DNA of 64,000 nt from Mycobacteriales bacterium (GTDB lineage Bacteria > Actinomycetota > Actinomycetes > JAFAQI01). The notes beneath the pieces are model-generated. The model was not told the origin of the DNA. It searched no databases and worked only from the letters and a program-made list of their open reading frames with translations. The position numbers and the translations under genes were made by a program. This document shows, piece by piece, positions 61,914 through 64,000 of the stretch. Within the stretch, counting starts at the first letter, position 1, and every line of letters starts with the position of its first letter. The DNA is taken from positions 302,838 through 366,837 of the forward strand of contig DASZXY010000013.1 of assembly GCA_035545635.1 (NCBI GenBank), written 5' to 3'.

Positions 61914-61917
61914 GCGG

Positions 61918-62886
61918 TTAGTTGGTGAGGACGATCTTGCCGAAGACGTCGCCGTCGTTCAGCTTGGCGAACGCCGCCCGGGCGTCACTCAACGCGAAGG
62001 TCGAGTCGATCGGCGGCTTCACCCCGTGCTTGGCGAGGAACGCGAGCAGCGACTCGAACTCGGCCTTGGTCCCCATCGTCGAGCCGAGGATCTCCAGCTG
62101 AAGGAAGAAGGTGCGCTGCAGCTCGAGCGGAGTGACGCCACCGCTGGTCGAGCCGCAGACGACGACGCGGCCGCCCGGACGCACGGACTTCAGTGAGTGA
62201 CCGAACGTCGCGTCGCCGACCGTCTCGATCACCGCGTCGACCCGACCCGGAAGGCGGGCGCCGGGCTCGAAGGTCTCGGCCGCACCGAGCTCCTCGGCCT
62301 TCGCGCGCTTCGCCTCACTGCGCGAGGTCGCCCACACCGTGACGCCTGCGGCCTTGGCGAGCGCAATCGCTGCGGTCGCAACGCCGCCACCCGCGCCCTG
62401 AACGAGGATCGTCTGCCCCGCTTCGACCTGCGCCTTGGTGAACAGCATCCGGTACGCCGTCAGCCATGCGGTCGGCAGCGACGCCGCCTCTTCCCACGAC
62501 AGGTCGGCGGGCTTTGCGATGAGGTTGCCCGCGGGCACCGAGACCTTCTCGGCCAGCGTGCCCGGGTAGACCTCCGAGAGCAGTGAGCGCTTCGGGTCGA
62601 GTGTCTCATCGCCCCCGGTCTTCGACCCGTCGCCGATGACCGAGTGGACGATGACCTCACTGCCATCCGGACCGATGCCTGCCGCATCACAGCCCAGGAT
62701 CATCGGCAGCTTGTCCTCGGGCAGCCCGACTCCACGCAGCGACCAGATGTCGTGGTGGTTCAGCGCCGCAGCCTTGACGTCGACGGTGACCCAGCCATCC
62801 GGCACTGCAGGCGCCTCGATGTCACCCACCTCGAGCGCGGACAGCGGGTCGTCGTTGTTCAACCGGGCGGCGTAAGCAGCAAGCAT
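61918..62886 (-). CDS. zinc-type alcohol dehydrogenase/quinone oxidoreductase (MDR family)
   Basis: ALNHHDIW, VQGAGGGVATAAIALAKAAG Rossmann motif, C-terminal GKIVLT. Confidence 0.9.
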   Translation of the reverse strand: MLAAYAARLNNDDPLSALEVGDIEAPAVPDGWVTVDVKAAALNHHDIWSLRGVGLPEDKLPMILGCDAAGIGPDGSEVIVHSVIGDGSKTGGDETLDPKRSLLSEVYPGTLAEKVSVPAGNLIAKPADLSWEEAASLPTAWLTAYRMLFTKAQVEAGQTILVQGAGGGVATAAIALAKAAGVTVWATSRSEAKRAKAEELGAAETFEPGARLPGRVDAVIETVGDATFGHSLKSVRPGGRVVVCGSTSGGVTPLELQRTFFLQLEILGSTMGTKAEFESLLAFLAKHGVKPPIDSTFALSDARAAFAKLNDGDVFGKIVLTN

Positions 62887-63022
62887 GGAGCAGACCTTAC
62901 CGATCAGCGGAAACGCCGTTCTCGCGGGGTTCGCGAGCGAACGCAGCGGAGCCGCTCTGCTACGCGAATCTGGCTAGCGGAGCCGCTCCGCCCCGCGATT
63001 TCGCCTAGCGGAGTCGCTCTGC

Positions 63023-64000
63023 TCAGATGCGGGCGACGCCCTCGGCTCGAGCGCAGTCCGCGACCGCCGCAGCGACGGCCGGGCCGACGCGCGGGTCGAA
63101 GACGCTCGGAATCACGTACTCCTCCGCAACGTCGTCACCCACCACGTCGCACAACGCGTTTGCGGCCGCGAGCTTCATGCCCTCGGTGATCGCGCTGGCG
63201 CGAACGTCGAGCGCGCCGCGGAACACACCCGGGAACGCGAGCACGTTGTTGATCTGGTTCGGGAAGTCGCTTCGCCCGGTCGCCACCACCCGCGCGTAGT
63301 GACGCGCGACGTCAGGGTGGATTTCCGGATCCGGGTTCGCCATCGCGAAGATCATCGCCTCGGGTGCGAGCTTCGCGACGTCGGACTCGTCGACCTTGCC
63401 GGCCGAAAGACCGATGTAGACGTCGGCCCCGACCATGGCCTCTTCGATCGTGCCCGTGAAGTTGGCCTTGTTCGTCATGGCAGCCATCGCCGTCTTGATC
63501 GGCGTGAGGTCGCCGCGACCGCTGTGCACGATGCCCTTGCTGTCAGCGAGCGAGATGTCTCCGATGCCCGCCTCGAGCAGGATCTTCGTCACCGCCACGC
63601 CGGCAGCACCCGCGCCGGACACGACCGCGCGAAGGTCGGCGAGTGAGCGTCCGGTGAGACGCGCAGCGTTCTTCATCGCCGCCAGCGCGACGATCGCGGT
63701 GCCGTGCTGGTCGTCGTGGAAGACCGGGATGTCGAGGGCGGCCTTGAGCCGGTCCTCGATCTCGAAGCAGCGCGGCGCGCTGATGTCCTCCAGGTTGATG
63801 CCGCCGAAGCTCGGCGCGAGCCGGATGACCGTGTCGACGATCTCGTCGACGTCCTTGGTCGCCAGCGCGATCGGCACCGAGTTGACGCCGCCGAACTGCT
63901 TGAAGAGCAGGGCCTTGCCCTCCATGACCGGAAGGGACGCCTCCGGACCGATGTCACCCAGGCCGAGGACCGCCGTACCGTCCGTCACGACAGCCACGAC
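63023..64000 (-). CDS. NAD(P)-dependent malic enzyme, C-terminal ~325 aa; the N-terminus lies outside the window
   Basis: VVTDGTAVLGLGDIG, FGGINLEDI, and the GAGAAGVA NAD-binding motif. The frame is still open at the window edge. Confidence 0.9.
   Translation of the reverse strand, partial: VVAVVTDGTAVLGLGDIGPEASLPVMEGKALLFKQFGGVNSVPIALATKDVDEIVDTVIRLAPSFGGINLEDISAPRCFEIEDRLKAALDIPVFHDDQHGTAIVALAAMKNAARLTGRSLADLRAVVSGAGAAGVAVTKILLEAGIGDISLADSKGIVHSGRGDLTPIKTAMAAMTNKANFTGTIEEAMVGADVYIGLSAGKVDESDVAKLAPEAMIFAMANPDPEIHPDVARHYARVVATGRSDFPNQINNVLAFPGVFRGALDVRASAITEGMKLAAANALCDVVGDDVAEEYVIPSVFDPRVGPAVAAAVADCARAEGVARI

Noticed and set aside
1-64000. Search for tRNA, rRNA, riboswitch-like leaders, IS/transposase, integrase, toxin-antitoxin or known defence genes
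   Set aside because: The intergenic regions are short, mostly under 140 nt. None shows cloverleaf or rRNA-like sequence, and no ORF shows transposase, integrase or defence-system motifs that I can recognise by eye.

Overview
This is a high-GC, gene-dense chromosomal segment that looks Actinomycetota-like. The evidence for that is an actinobacterial-type Kgd/OdhA with a fused E2-like domain, several LLM/F420-type oxidoreductases, a SigE-type ECF sigma factor, and many GTG/TTG starts with 1-8 nt gene overlaps. I support about 60 CDSs. I saw no rRNA, tRNA, CRISPR array, IS element or prophage.

The dominant theme is CoA-thioester/lipid (possibly sterol- or branched-lipid-like) catabolism, spread over several operons:
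- acyl-CoA dehydrogenases, including two translationally coupled alpha/beta pairs
- two acyl-CoA synthetases and an enoyl-CoA hydratase
- many SDRs, including three paralogous ~300-aa SDRs
- two SCP-x/Ltp-type thiolase-fold proteins, each next to a DUF35 OB-fold fusion protein
- SRPBCC lipid-binding proteins and LLM oxidoreductases

Other content:
- a Tat-dependent GMC oxidoreductase pair
- a neutral-lipid/phospholipid cluster (WS/DGAT, MaoC, PlsC-like, ACT, two MFS transporters)
- two large secreted proteins (DUF4091-like plus 2x IPT/TIG, and a metzincin-like protein with TSP3-like repeats)
- an ECF sigma factor with a membrane beta-propeller partner
- kgd followed by a DUF6104-like micro-ORF
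- a malic enzyme fragment at the right edge

The most unusual locus is 13.2-17.0 kb. It encodes an acidic protein with no Cys or aromatic residues, built from two homologous Ala/Asn-rich modules flanking a G-D-T-V tandem-repeat array. Immediately downstream is an 833-aa polytopic membrane protein with a PqqD/RRE-like N-terminus, an M50/S2P-like HExxH...DG core, and a C-terminal domain carrying a Cys-containing version of the same module.

A second notable signal is an exact 18-27 bp palindromic promoter/operator box (CTGACGACCCGTCAG) in front of three separate catabolic operons.

All functional calls come from by-eye motif and family recognition. No database search was run.
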